IMG/VR virus record: IMGVR_UViG_3300009550_000010
Coordinates: 12,906 to 76,905 of that record
Length of the DNA: 64,000 nt
Origin: a virus
Strand: one strand, 5' to 3'
Part shown: positions 1 through 8,733 of the stretch, one piece after another
Layout: each line of letters opens with the position of its first letter
How positions within the stretch are numbered: the stretch's first letter is position 1
The notes under the pieces: model-generated
What the model was told of the DNA's origin: nothing
What the model saw: only the letters and a program-made list of their open reading frames with translations
Database searches by the model: none
Position numbers and translations under genes: made by a program

Positions 1-422
1 TTATTTTCTACTGGTCTTTGATTCCAATCAGCACCATAAGATTCGTTCAACTTATGCTGACACTCAAGTACATTTAAGTTGATAGAGGCAGAGTTATGCA
101 TGATGTCTGCATCATTTTCTCCTGTGAAGATAAAACCTGCACCACCCATGTCAGCAGCAAACTGATAGATCTCATCAAAAGTTTCTATCAAATAGTTTGG
201 TACTGATTCGTAGAAGTTTCCTTGCTCTCCTTTGTATTCAATAACACGTCTTACAAAATCCATGTCACGTAAATCACCAGTGACAAATTCATCTGCTTTT
301 GTTTCAGAAAACTCAGGGTATTTCAAGTCAACTGCTCGTACCCAATAACCATCTTTCTTGAGTCTGGTGACCATCGCATGTCCGATGAATCCACCGCCAC
401 CTAATACGAGTGCTGTTTTCAT
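1..422 (-). CDS. NAD-dependent epimerase/dehydratase, 5' part (runs off window start)
   Basis: Manual translation MKTALVLGGGGFIGHAMVTRLK has a Rossmann GxxGxxG motif; ATG overlaps the TGA of the upstream gene. Confidence 0.85.
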   Translation of the reverse strand, partial: MKTALVLGGGGFIGHAMVTRLKKDGYWVRAVDLKYPEFSETKADEFVTGDLRDMDFVRRVIEYKGEQGNFYESVPNYLIETFDEIYQFAADMGGAGFIFTGENDADIMHNSASINLNVLECQHKLNESYGADWNQRPVEN

Positions 423-1723
423 TTGTGTTCCTTGATGTACTTCAATACTACTTCATCTATGTAGTCTAACATAGGCATTGTAATAATAGGAGATGTTCCG
501 AGAAAAAATACATTATCTAAAACTTCTGAAGCTCTGGGATAGTTTGATGCAGGTTCAATATGCCTATAAGCAGGATGCATAAGAATATTACCAGCAAAAT
601 AGTTTCTCGTTTGAATTCCATGATCCTCTAGATACTTTACGAGGTGGTGTTTACCGTCTTTATATATTATAGGTACACCAAACCAAGAGGTCTCTGCATG
701 TTCTTTCTCTTCAACAACCCTGCAACCAGGAATTTGACTGAAGATCTGAGTCATAGCAGTTTTATTCATACGACGGACACAATGTATCTCTGTCTGCTTA
801 GTCAATTGTATAAGACCGATAGACCCTTGCAGATCGGCAGGCTTGAGGTTGTATCCTTGAACGCCAAAGACATACTTATGATCGACATCCTTGTCATACC
901 CTTCCAACCAACGGTCAAAGCGTTGCCCACAGACACCGTTGGGCAATTTATTTTGGGATCCTACACAGTAGCATCCACGACCCCACCAAGCAAACGATCT
1001 GGCGATCTGGACTACCTCCTCGATATTAGAGGAGACCATGCCACCTTCGATAGTACAAATATGATGTGCTGGATAGAAAGAACAAGACGCTGCGACGGCA
1101 TTTTCAGTAAGAAACTTACCTCTCCACTTGCTACCGAGGGCATCACAGTTGTCAGCGATGTACTTCAATCCATTCGTATTGATAATCTCCATGAACTTAT
1201 CAAAGTCATAGGGATTTCCAAGCACAGGAGAAGAAAAAGCGGCCACAGTCCTGTCTGATATCTTTGCTTCTACTTGTGATAGATCCCAATTAAGATCATC
1301 CATATTAATATCAACAAAGACAGGTTTCAATCCGTTCTGAATAATAGGATTGATAGTGGTGGGGAAACCACATGCACATACCAATATCTCGTCTCCATCT
1401 TTCCAATCAAAATATTTTTTTAGTGCTGCTATCATCACAAGATTAGCAGATGAACCACTGTTTACCATAACAGAGTAATCAAACTCAAACTTCTTAGAGA
1501 ATGCACGTTCAAACTTATTAACATTCTCACCTGCAGGTAACCACTTACCTGTTAGTAATGCAGTGATGGCAGCAGTAGGTTCTTGATCATCCCAGTAAGG
1601 ACCTGAGTATAATATTTGATCACCAGGTTTCCAATCTCTATTAGGTAAGAAGGGAAATAATTTATACCCTTCCTTTTCAAGATGTAATATAAAATTACCT
1701 ACCTGATCTTCTACTGAATACAT
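419..1723 (-). CDS. rfbH: DegT/DnrJ-family PLP enzyme, CDP-4-keto-6-deoxyglucose 3-dehydrase (RfbH/DdhC) type
   Basis: VNSGSSANL, SFYPAHH (His in place of the Schiff-base Lys) and GRGCYC..C Fe-S-type Cys cluster. Confidence 0.85.
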   Translation of the reverse strand: MYSVEDQVGNFILHLEKEGYKLFPFLPNRDWKPGDQILYSGPYWDDQEPTAAITALLTGKWLPAGENVNKFERAFSKKFEFDYSVMVNSGSSANLVMIAALKKYFDWKDGDEILVCACGFPTTINPIIQNGLKPVFVDINMDDLNWDLSQVEAKISDRTVAAFSSPVLGNPYDFDKFMEIINTNGLKYIADNCDALGSKWRGKFLTENAVAASCSFYPAHHICTIEGGMVSSNIEEVVQIARSFAWWGRGCYCVGSQNKLPNGVCGQRFDRWLEGYDKDVDHKYVFGVQGYNLKPADLQGSIGLIQLTKQTEIHCVRRMNKTAMTQIFSQIPGCRVVEEKEHAETSWFGVPIIYKDGKHHLVKYLEDHGIQTRNYFAGNILMHPAYRHIEPASNYPRASEVLDNVFFLGTSPIITMPMLDYIDEVVLKYIKEHK

Positions 1724-2529
1724 AACTCTTTTACAATTGATTCGTTAGTGACTTGTGGTTCAAAACCTAAAGACTTCAACTTGGTAGTATCCATCCAGAA
1801 GTGTTGTGTCTGTACATTATTATGAAACTCTGGTGGGTCAATGTTTATTAATTGACCACGAGACTTACTATAGTCTTTTGCAAAATTCATAATTTCTGCT
1901 ACTGTTGTGGGATTACCTGACCCTATGTTATAGATCTGATTGGTCTCACCCTTTTCCATAACAAGTTTGATCGCTCTACACACATCAGATACATGCATTA
2001 TATCACGTCTATGAGAACCATGATCATATATCTTCACATCATTGTGTGCATTCAATTCATTTATCATCCATTGCATAGCATTCTTTTTCTTTGATGCTTT
2101 CCCATCACCTGCACCCATTACATTACACAGTCTTAGTATCCTATACTTCATGCCTGTAGTCTGAGCGAAAGAAATGATAAGATCTTCTGCACATTTTTTC
2201 GTAATAGAATAAAAACCTGTGGGGTTGCATGGCGACGACTCCGTTGCAGGTAGAACATCTCCTTTTCCATATACAAACCAAGATGATACAAAGTTGAATG
2301 TGATATCATTCGATCTGCAGTGCTCAAGGGTTTCACACAAGACTCGTAAATTAGTATCGACATCTCTAGTGATGTTATCATGCACATGGTAATTGTGAAT
2401 TGTAGATATAAAGTACAAGATATCTTTGTGAGCAGGGACTCTTTCATCCCTTCCTTGTACGTCAACATCTGAATCATACATGTATTTGAAGTGGGTGCCA
2501 ATAAAACCACACCCATATAATGAAATCAT
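1711..2529 (-). CDS. NAD-dependent epimerase/dehydratase (extended SDR)
   Basis: LYGCGFIG, SSWFVYG and YSITK (YxxxK) motifs. Confidence 0.85.
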   Translation of the reverse strand: MISLYGCGFIGTHFKYMYDSDVDVQGRDERVPAHKDILYFISTIHNYHVHDNITRDVDTNLRVLCETLEHCRSNDITFNFVSSWFVYGKGDVLPATESSPCNPTGFYSITKKCAEDLIISFAQTTGMKYRILRLCNVMGAGDGKASKKKNAMQWMINELNAHNDVKIYDHGSHRRDIMHVSDVCRAIKLVMEKGETNQIYNIGSGNPTTVAEIMNFAKDYSKSRGQLINIDPPEFHNNVQTQHFWMDTTKLKSLGFEPQVTNESIVKELCIQ

Positions 2530-3470
2530 GATAATAAATCTAAGTAATGTGTAACAGTGGCACGAAGACCAATGTCAAAATCAGTAAAGGGTTTCCACCC
2601 TGTACGGTTTGTTATCTTACTATGATCCATACCATATCGTTTGTCAATACCTGGTCTTCCTTCGTTGATACCTATCAGTGAGAATGGTTTTTTCATCATA
2701 CTAAGAATCATTTTTGTGACATCTATATTTCTCATCTCACATGACCCACCAATATTAAAGGTGTCATTTATAACTGCCTGTATTTCTAATTCCCATATAG
2801 CAGCACAATGATCGTAGACATATAACCAATCTCTAATTTGATTACCACCACCATGCATATAAGTTATCTTATTATCTAATGCATTACTTACCACAAGTGG
2901 TATAAGTTTCTCTACATGTTGATGAGGACCATAGTTGTTACTGCAGTTAGTAATAAGGTAAGGTAAACCATAAGTGTTATGCCACGTCTTGACAAAATAG
3001 TCAGACGCAGCTTTGCTTGCTGAGTAGGGATTTCTTGGGTCATATGGGGTGGTCTCCTTGAACAATTCTGTGTCATCATATTCCAAAGATCCATACACCT
3101 CATCTGTAGAGACATGGTGAAACTTTTCTATGTCATACTTGACACTAGCATTTAGTAGATTGATAGTGCCAACAATATTTGATTCTAAGAAAGGTCTATA
3201 GTTTTTTATAGACCTATCAACATGACTCTCGGCAGCAAAATGAAATACTTTTCTAGGTTTATACTTTTCAAAAATATAATTTACATTTTTCTCATTAGAT
3301 ATATCACACCACTCAAAAATAAATTGCTCTGTATCAGGGATAAATTTTTGATCGGCAGCATATGATAAGTTGTCTATAATAACAACAGGTTCTATTAGAT
3401 CAGTGTCTTTAGAAATGTAGTGTAGGAATTGACTACCAATAAAACCTGCACCACCAGTTACTAGGAACAT
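2526..3470 (-). CDS. rfbB: dTDP-glucose 4,6-dehydratase
   Basis: VTGGAGFIGS, HFAAESHVDRSI, STDEVYG, NPYSASKA, NCSNNYGP. Confidence 0.92.
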   Translation of the reverse strand: MFLVTGGAGFIGSQFLHYISKDTDLIEPVVIIDNLSYAADQKFIPDTEQFIFEWCDISNEKNVNYIFEKYKPRKVFHFAAESHVDRSIKNYRPFLESNIVGTINLLNASVKYDIEKFHHVSTDEVYGSLEYDDTELFKETTPYDPRNPYSASKAASDYFVKTWHNTYGLPYLITNCSNNYGPHQHVEKLIPLVVSNALDNKITYMHGGGNQIRDWLYVYDHCAAIWELEIQAVINDTFNIGGSCEMRNIDVTKMILSMMKKPFSLIGINEGRPGIDKRYGMDHSKITNRTGWKPFTDFDIGLRATVTHYLDLLS

Positions 3471-3700
3471 AATTCAATGTATTTGTCGATGTATGCTTTT
3501 ACTTTCTTGAGGTCTTGAACTTTATCATCCTTGTGACCTGCACGACAAATATACTTTACTATATTACCAGCAAAAAAATCTAATTTTTGATCTGCTATAA
3601 AATCCCAGACCTGTATCTTACCACGTTGGTAATGTGCAGGGTCTTCTGGTGTAAAATGTGAAGTTAGTGGTGCACCACTACGAAGATCTTCTACGTTCAT
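3461..3700 (-). CDS. DUF3310-like phage protein
   Basis: PAHY..G.IQVWDFI...F..GNIVKYICRAGHKD...DLKK pattern; start set at 3700 by TAATG coupling. Confidence 0.7.
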   Translation of the reverse strand: MNVEDLRSGAPLTSHFTPEDPAHYQRGKIQVWDFIADQKLDFFAGNIVKYICRAGHKDDKVQDLKKVKAYIDKYIELCS

Positions 3701-4062
3701 TAGTAATGCCCCCATGCATGTTCCTCTACTCTATTATAATCATCTTCTAGTCTTACGATATCATCCTCTATACACTTACCTCTTTGTACTTCAATAATAG
3801 TAATACCTTTTTTACCACCTCTGATACGATGTCGTTGCTCAATTGGTATAAAGAATGTATCACCAACCTTACATGGTGTTTCAAGATTACCTTGTGTAAT
3901 CTCACCATCACCATTAACAACTACCCAGTCTTCAGTTCTATACCGATGAAACTGTAGTGAGATTCTCATGTCCTTTTCTACAAAGAGTTCTTTGACACAA
4001 TAATTGTCACCTCTTTGTAGGACTTTAAACCATCCCCATGGTCTGTACTCTTTTTCAATCAT
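3700..4062 (-). CDS. Cupin, mannose-6-phosphate isomerase type II C-terminal domain-like
   Basis: RPWGWFKVL, ISLQFHRYRTEDWVVV, HRI, IEVQRG..EDDIVRLEDDY. Confidence 0.88.
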   Translation of the reverse strand: MIEKEYRPWGWFKVLQRGDNYCVKELFVEKDMRISLQFHRYRTEDWVVVNGDGEITQGNLETPCKVGDTFFIPIEQRHRIRGGKKGITIIEVQRGKCIEDDIVRLEDDYNRVEEHAWGHY

Positions 4063-4712
4063 AACATTTTTATAGTTGCCTCGTAATCCTGTTGGAACAG
4101 GTCGAGACCTTTATCAGTTAGAACATGATTATACATCTTATCAAACACACTTGGAGGTAATGTAACAACATTGGCACCATATTCATATGCTCTGCCAACA
4201 GATCTCACATCTCTCAGTGATGCTGCAAGAATTTCAGTTCTTTTCCAGTTCTGCTTAGTGTATATATTAGAGATATCTTTGATCAAACATAGACCACCAA
4301 AAGAGTTATCATCAACTCTCCCCACAAATGGTGAGACATATGCAGCACCTGCCTTGGCAGCAAGAATTGCTTGAGATGGTGAGAAGATAAGAGTTACATT
4401 GACTCTAATAAGTTGTCTGGATAATTCCTTACATACAGCAAGACCATCAGGTGTGCATGGAACTTTGATTGTTGCCTGTGAAGCAAACTTCTTTGACAAT
4501 CTAAGACCCTCTTCATACATTTCTTTTCTATTTCCAACAACCTCCATACTGATATCCATCAATCCCATTTCTATAAGATCTTCATATACTTTCTCAGGAT
4601 CTCTTCCACTTTTTCTAATAAGCGAAGGGTTTGTTGTTATACCATCTATGAGTCCAGTGTTGTATCCTTTTTGGATTAATTCTGTATCAGCAGTATCTAA
4701 AAAAAGTTTCAT
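4059..4712 (-). CDS. talC: Transaldolase, TalC/Fsa family (phage AMG)
   Basis: MKLFLDTAD, GITTNPSLI, IKVP, NVTLIFS, YVSPFVGR, ILAAS; start moved to ATG 4712, downstream of the promoter. Confidence 0.95.
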   Translation of the reverse strand: MKLFLDTADTELIQKGYNTGLIDGITTNPSLIRKSGRDPEKVYEDLIEMGLMDISMEVVGNRKEMYEEGLRLSKKFASQATIKVPCTPDGLAVCKELSRQLIRVNVTLIFSPSQAILAAKAGAAYVSPFVGRVDDNSFGGLCLIKDISNIYTKQNWKRTEILAASLRDVRSVGRAYEYGANVVTLPPSVFDKMYNHVLTDKGLDLFQQDYEATIKML

Positions 4713-4745
4713 GAATTTGTAAAAACCTACGCTATATCTAGGATC

Positions 4746-4774
4746 ATTATAGTAAGAATACCTAGCATTGTCAA
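4746..4774 (-). promoter_or_regulatory. Consensus sigma70-type promoter for talC
   Basis: Minus strand reads TTGACA-17 nt-TATAAT exactly. Confidence 0.88.
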
Positions 4775-4778
4775 CCAT

Positions 4779-4786
4779 ACTAAATA
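4779..4786 (+). promoter_or_regulatory. T4-type late promoter for the plus-strand operon
   Basis: ACTAAATA 25 nt upstream of ATG 4812. Confidence 0.7.
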
Positions 4787-4811
4787 AAGCTAAACGAATT
4801 AGGTAAATCTA

Positions 4812-5300
4812 ATGAAGAGAATACTCTTTGCATTTACTTTATTATCGATGAGTCTACCTGCAAGAGCAGATATCACTCACAAATTGTCAAGCAGTATTCA
4901 ATTACAAGTGAACGCTGCAGCGACACAGGTTGAGAGGATCGGATCCTCATTTTCCGTAACAGGAAACGGTGTTGATACCACTGATGGTACAACAGCAGGT
5001 ACAGTATCAGTTGGAACTATAACTTCAGGAGTTTATAGTCCTGGTACTATAGCAGCAACACAGGATGTACCTGGTGCAGCGTTCAGCTTCACTCAGTCAT
5101 ACACACAAGCCGACGCTGTTGCAACATCAGCACCAACTGTTGGAACTGTAGGAAACTTCAGTACACAAGTTTCGACTGCTGCTGGTACTAAAGACACACT
5201 CGCTGGAACTATAACCAGTGCAGGTGTTATGGCACTAACAGCTGGTGGAGCTGGTACTGTGGCGACTGGTCAGCATGTGACCGAACTCAGTATCCAATAG
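4812..5300 (+). CDS. Exported Thr/Ser/Gly-rich beta protein, function unknown
   Basis: Sec signal peptide MKRILFAFTLLSMSLPARA; low-charge beta-rich mature part. Confidence 0.8.
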   Translation: MKRILFAFTLLSMSLPARADITHKLSSSIQLQVNAAATQVERIGSSFSVTGNGVDTTDGTTAGTVSVGTITSGVYSPGTIAATQDVPGAAFSFTQSYTQADAVATSAPTVGTVGNFSTQVSTAAGTKDTLAGTITSAGVMALTAGGAGTVATGQHVTELSIQ

Positions 5301-5306
5301 AGAGTT

Positions 5307-5741
5307 ATGGTAAGAAGATTTCCATTCTTACTATTACTTTGTCTAGCATCACCTGCTAGTGCCGTTCCCGTGGTCCCTAATTTTACTCAAGGTACGATGA
5401 CCCAGACGACGGAAACGACTTCCACCGTGACAGAGACCATTAATTCGATGGACTACTCGACTGGTTGGACATATTCAGTAAGTGGTACAAATGTACAACA
5501 CGATGGCACGAGCATGACACCTGATACAGGTAGTGCTCAAACAAATACATTGAACGGAGTGACTTCATCATGGACAGGTCTAGATGTGACCAACAAACCC
5601 AATTGGACACAGACAAATGTGGGCGACCCCTTCCAATTTACGGAGCACTATGTAGCCCCAGGTCTTCAGACTCATACGATCATACAAAGAAACCAAACAA
5701 TACAATCCGTCACCACATCAACAAGTATCTTCTCCCAATAG
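5307..5741 (+). CDS. Exported Thr-rich beta protein, probable paralog of 4812..5300
   Basis: Signal peptide ending ASA; shares GxxF/YSVxGxxV and TQxxxGxxFxFTxxY motifs with the upstream ORF. Confidence 0.8.
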   Translation: MVRRFPFLLLLCLASPASAVPVVPNFTQGTMTQTTETTSTVTETINSMDYSTGWTYSVSGTNVQHDGTSMTPDTGSAQTNTLNGVTSSWTGLDVTNKPNWTQTNVGDPFQFTEHYVAPGLQTHTIIQRNQTIQSVTTSTSIFSQ

Positions 5742-6427
5742 TAGCAGCATTCACATGCTCTCCTGTTATGGCGACTGACGTTGGTGGTGTATCGGCAACA
5801 GCAAACCCTGTTGCCAACTCGTCTGGCTCCGTAACCAACCAGGCAATACAAGTTTTACAAGGTCCTTATATTACGAACACCTACGGAGGTGGTGTTCAAT
5901 GTCAAGGTCCTACCGCTAATTTTACCCCCTATGTCACAAGAACTGGAACTTGGCAAGATCCTACAGAGTTATGGTATAATGATCCCGTATATAATAACGC
6001 TGACAATAATGATGATAATATCCCTGACTCTCCTGGTGAGATCCTTTATTATATCCCGACTCGCACAGGGCAGAAGAGTAACCAAAACATAAATCTAGGA
6101 TTCTCTGCAACACTATCGTTTCCTCTAGACAGACAATTACAAAGACAGTGCAAAGAAGCAGCACAGGCAGTTATAAACAACGTAACACAACAGACAGCAA
6201 ATAAAAGATTAGACTTTGAGATAGCCCGTTTAAAAAATTGTGGAGAATTAATGAAGGCTGGAATTATGTTCCATCCAAAGTCACCTTATCATAAGGTATG
6301 TGCTGACGTAGTATTAGTAAACCCACCTGGTGTGGTGGGTCAGCACAAGCATGTAATACCAACAGGTGATGCTACTTCTTTGAATTCGATTTCGATTGGA
6401 TCTTCAAAGGTGGCAGACCCTTCTTAG
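5717..6427 (+). CDS. Exported protein, candidate outer-membrane channel subunit (start uncertain: ATC 5717, ATG 5570 or ATG 5768)
   Basis: Signal-like (M)NKYLLPIVAAFTCSPVMA; amphipathic strand LGFSATLSFPLD followed by helices; four Cys in mature part. Confidence 0.75.
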   Translation: MNKYLLPIVAAFTCSPVMATDVGGVSATANPVANSSGSVTNQAIQVLQGPYITNTYGGGVQCQGPTANFTPYVTRTGTWQDPTELWYNDPVYNNADNNDDNIPDSPGEILYYIPTRTGQKSNQNINLGFSATLSFPLDRQLQRQCKEAAQAVINNVTQQTANKRLDFEIARLKNCGELMKAGIMFHPKSPYHKVCADVVLVNPPGVVGQHKHVIPTGDATSLNSISIGSSKVADPS

Positions 6428-7142
6428 CACGATAAGAATTAGCACGTATCTCACTCTTAGACAATCCACGATGAGTACCCAATTTCTTTTGGACGGTAGC
6501 GATAGCTTTCTTTACAGCAGGTTTAATTAATCGTATCAAGAGTGGTGTCGCTGCAGCACCTGCTGTTGCTATAATAGCTATCGCTGCTGTAGTGCTGGTT
6601 TGATTTAGTGATGGTAAAAATTTTTCAATTGTTGTAGTATCCTCGTATAATGTCACACAGGTTTTACCTCTCAGTTCGTGACCTATAACTCTCTCATCAC
6701 CTGACTGTGTAAGGTCACCAACTCTAAGTTGACCTGCACCTGGACACTCAGTTTCTGTGGGTATGTCACCCGTATCAGGTAGTGCTGGTGGATCTATTTC
6801 AGGTGGTGGTTCAACAACAGGTGGTGGTATCTCTCTTTCTATTATAAGTTGGTCTGGTACGTAGTCCATCGCATTATAACCAGCCATGCCAGGTTCATCA
6901 CAGTAAGTTACTACATCATCATCCTCTGCTAAACTTTTATTCTTAGTGCCACCTGCACCTGTATTATTATTTGGATTCGCCTCGACACAACCTGGTATCT
7001 CAACGATAGGTTTACCTATGTAAGTAGTTACAGGCACATAAGGAACTTCTGGATGCATGATAGTAACATCAGCACCCCATATATTTGGTATGCTTACCTC
7101 TTTGACTCCCGACTTAGGAATTACTATCTGTGGAATCGACAT
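6372..7142 (-). CDS. Pro-rich protein with C-terminal TM helix and basic tail
   Basis: PPPVVEPPPEIDPP linker, four Cys, hydrophobic AAIAIIATAGAAATPLLI then Lys/Arg-rich end. Confidence 0.75.
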   Translation of the reverse strand: MSIPQIVIPKSGVKEVSIPNIWGADVTIMHPEVPYVPVTTYIGKPIVEIPGCVEANPNNNTGAGGTKNKSLAEDDDVVTYCDEPGMAGYNAMDYVPDQLIIEREIPPPVVEPPPEIDPPALPDTGDIPTETECPGAGQLRVGDLTQSGDERVIGHELRGKTCVTLYEDTTTIEKFLPSLNQTSTTAAIAIIATAGAAATPLLIRLIKPAVKKAIATVQKKLGTHRGLSKSEIRANSYRAKKGLPPLKIQSKSNSKK

Positions 7143-7359
7143 CTTTCACCTTAAATACTAAAAGTTCCTCACCATTTTTTACATCTTTCATCTCTGGATG
7201 TACGTTTCTATACGCTTTCATAGCATCACCATATGATTTCACGGGTCTCCTATCCATATCAGATAAAACTGATCCCATAAGTTTCCACATGAATGCAAAG
7301 GTTGCACCACATATAGACACAAAAAATACTAGGTAAACAAATACTGTTACGTCGTTCAT
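7114..7359 (-). CDS. Small membrane protein
   Basis: N-terminal TM VTVFVYLVFFVSICGATFAFMW; overlaps neighbours. Confidence 0.65.
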   Translation of the reverse strand: MNDVTVFVYLVFFVSICGATFAFMWKLMGSVLSDMDRRPVKSYGDAMKAYRNVHPEMKDVKNGEELLVFKVKDVDSTDSNS

Positions 7360-7799
7360 ATTCCTCTTATATCTCTAAGTTCTTGGAAGTCTTTTTTCTT
7401 AGTACCACCATCATACTCCCATGCATATCCCTCAGTAATCATCTTTTCGTTGAGAGATATGTCAGAAGAACCAACATATAACCAACCAAGAAGCCTCCCG
7501 TATTTACCCACACCACCTTTGAGTTCGGTTCTGATAGTAAGTTCATCATCGCCTTTGATTGCTCCTTCTAAATGTTCTTTCATCCATGCTGTAGCATCAA
7601 GTCCTAATGCCTTCTCTTCTAAATCTCTTGTCCTTTTCTCAGGAGTATCTACACCAGCGATCCGAACTCTTTCTTTTTTCATAAGATCAAAACCAAGGTC
7701 TATGGTAACATCAATTGTGTCACCGTCCACCACCCTATTGATCTTTACAACTCTAAAATTATAACAACTCTTTCGACTCGGTGGGTGCATCTTCGCCAT
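7356..7799 (-). CDS. Staphylococcal nuclease (thermonuclease)-like endonuclease
   Basis: RVVDGDTID, RVRIAGVDTPE, GKYGRLLG, NEKMITEGYAWEYDGG. Confidence 0.9.
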   Translation of the reverse strand: MAKMHPPSRKSCYNFRVVKINRVVDGDTIDVTIDLGFDLMKKERVRIAGVDTPEKRTRDLEEKALGLDATAWMKEHLEGAIKGDDELTIRTELKGGVGKYGRLLGWLYVGSSDISLNEKMITEGYAWEYDGGTKKKDFQELRDIRGI

Positions 7800-7899
7800 C
7801 TCTCATCTCCATGAATGACATACGAAGTATATAGTAGATGTACCACGATACTGCTAGTAGTAATATAACAAGCATCCAGATGACACCCCAGACAACCAT
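7759..7899 (-). CDS. 46-aa single-TM protein (not in ORF track)
   Basis: Manual translation MVVWGVIWMLVILLLAVSWYIYYILRMSFMEM...; TAATG coupling with upstream ORF. Confidence 0.6.
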   Translation of the reverse strand: MVVWGVIWMLVILLLAVSWYIYYILRMSFMEMRDGEDAPTESKELL

Positions 7900-8057
7900 T
7901 AGTCTTCTTTAATACAATACTCTGCTTTGTGTGGAGCGTTGAACCCCCTTAAATCTTCTTCTGCTTGTTTGATGGCATTGTATGCATCTTCTGCATACTC
8001 ACAGATCTCATGTAGTCCATTGTAGTTATCGTGATAACCTACAGTGTAGTGGGACAT
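7899..8057 (-). CDS. 52-aa hypothetical protein (not in ORF track)
   Basis: MSHYTVGYHDNYNGLHEICEYAEDAYNAIKQAEED...; fills the gap exactly. Confidence 0.6.
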   Translation of the reverse strand: MSHYTVGYHDNYNGLHEICEYAEDAYNAIKQAEEDLRGFNAPHKAEYCIKED

Positions 8058-8127
8058 AATCGTAAATTCTAGTATATTTTATATAGTACCAGAATTAGTG
8101 ATAAATGCCTAACAGAGTGTTGATGTA

Positions 8128-8733
8128 CTAACAGTTCTTATTCAGATCCTCTGCCATACCACCACCTATATCAGAGCCCTTATCACCACCGAACATTGCC
8201 ACCCAACCAGCAGCAACCCAACCAATAAAGGGAATGCCACTAAGAGTAGGAGCAGCACTAGCACCAATCGATGTACCCACCAAACGTCCTGTTCCTTTTG
8301 CACTTCCGATTGCTTCGATACACGCTTCACTTTTTCGTGCAGCAGTTATTTCCTCCGCTTGTTGTTGAGTCAAACCAGGCTGTTGATCAATCCAAGACCT
8401 ATGATTAGAAACGGGACCACCCTGATTAATCTGACCATCCATAAAGTATTCTTCTACTACCTTAGTAGTATTATTTGCTAGTCCTAAGAAACCACCCTTC
8501 TCTTTGATATCCTTAGTGATGTATGCTGTCTTAGGATCGTTTGCACTATATGAAATAACATAACTATCGTCTGTTACACTTGCCTTATATGATGTGTAAG
8601 GACCTACAGGTATGTTCAAACTAGGTAACTTAGGTTCATCTTTTTTACTTGCAATATAACCTATCATACCAAGATGTGAGACAGCAAAAAGACTACCCAC
8701 CACACCAATTGATATCCACTTTATATTATTCAT
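8128..8733 (-). CDS. Membrane protein with N-terminal anchor and C-terminal glycine zipper
   Basis: TM WISIGVVGSLFAVSHLGMIGYI; GxxxG repeats GRLVGTSIGASAAP..GSDIGGG. Confidence 0.75.
   Translation of the reverse strand: MNNIKWISIGVVGSLFAVSHLGMIGYIASKKDEPKLPSLNIPVGPYTSYKASVTDDSYVISYSANDPKTAYITKDIKEKGGFLGLANNTTKVVEEYFMDGQINQGGPVSNHRSWIDQQPGLTQQQAEEITAARKSEACIEAIGSAKGTGRLVGTSIGASAAPTLSGIPFIGWVAAGWVAMFGGDKGSDIGGGMAEDLNKNC

Noticed and set aside
644-1258. 204-aa plus-strand ORF
   Set aside because: Antisense shadow of the rfbH-like gene; no motifs, RBS or promoter
4713-4778. N-terminal extension of talC in the ORF track
   Set aside because: Overlaps the consensus promoter; family N-terminus MKLFLDTAD starts at 4712
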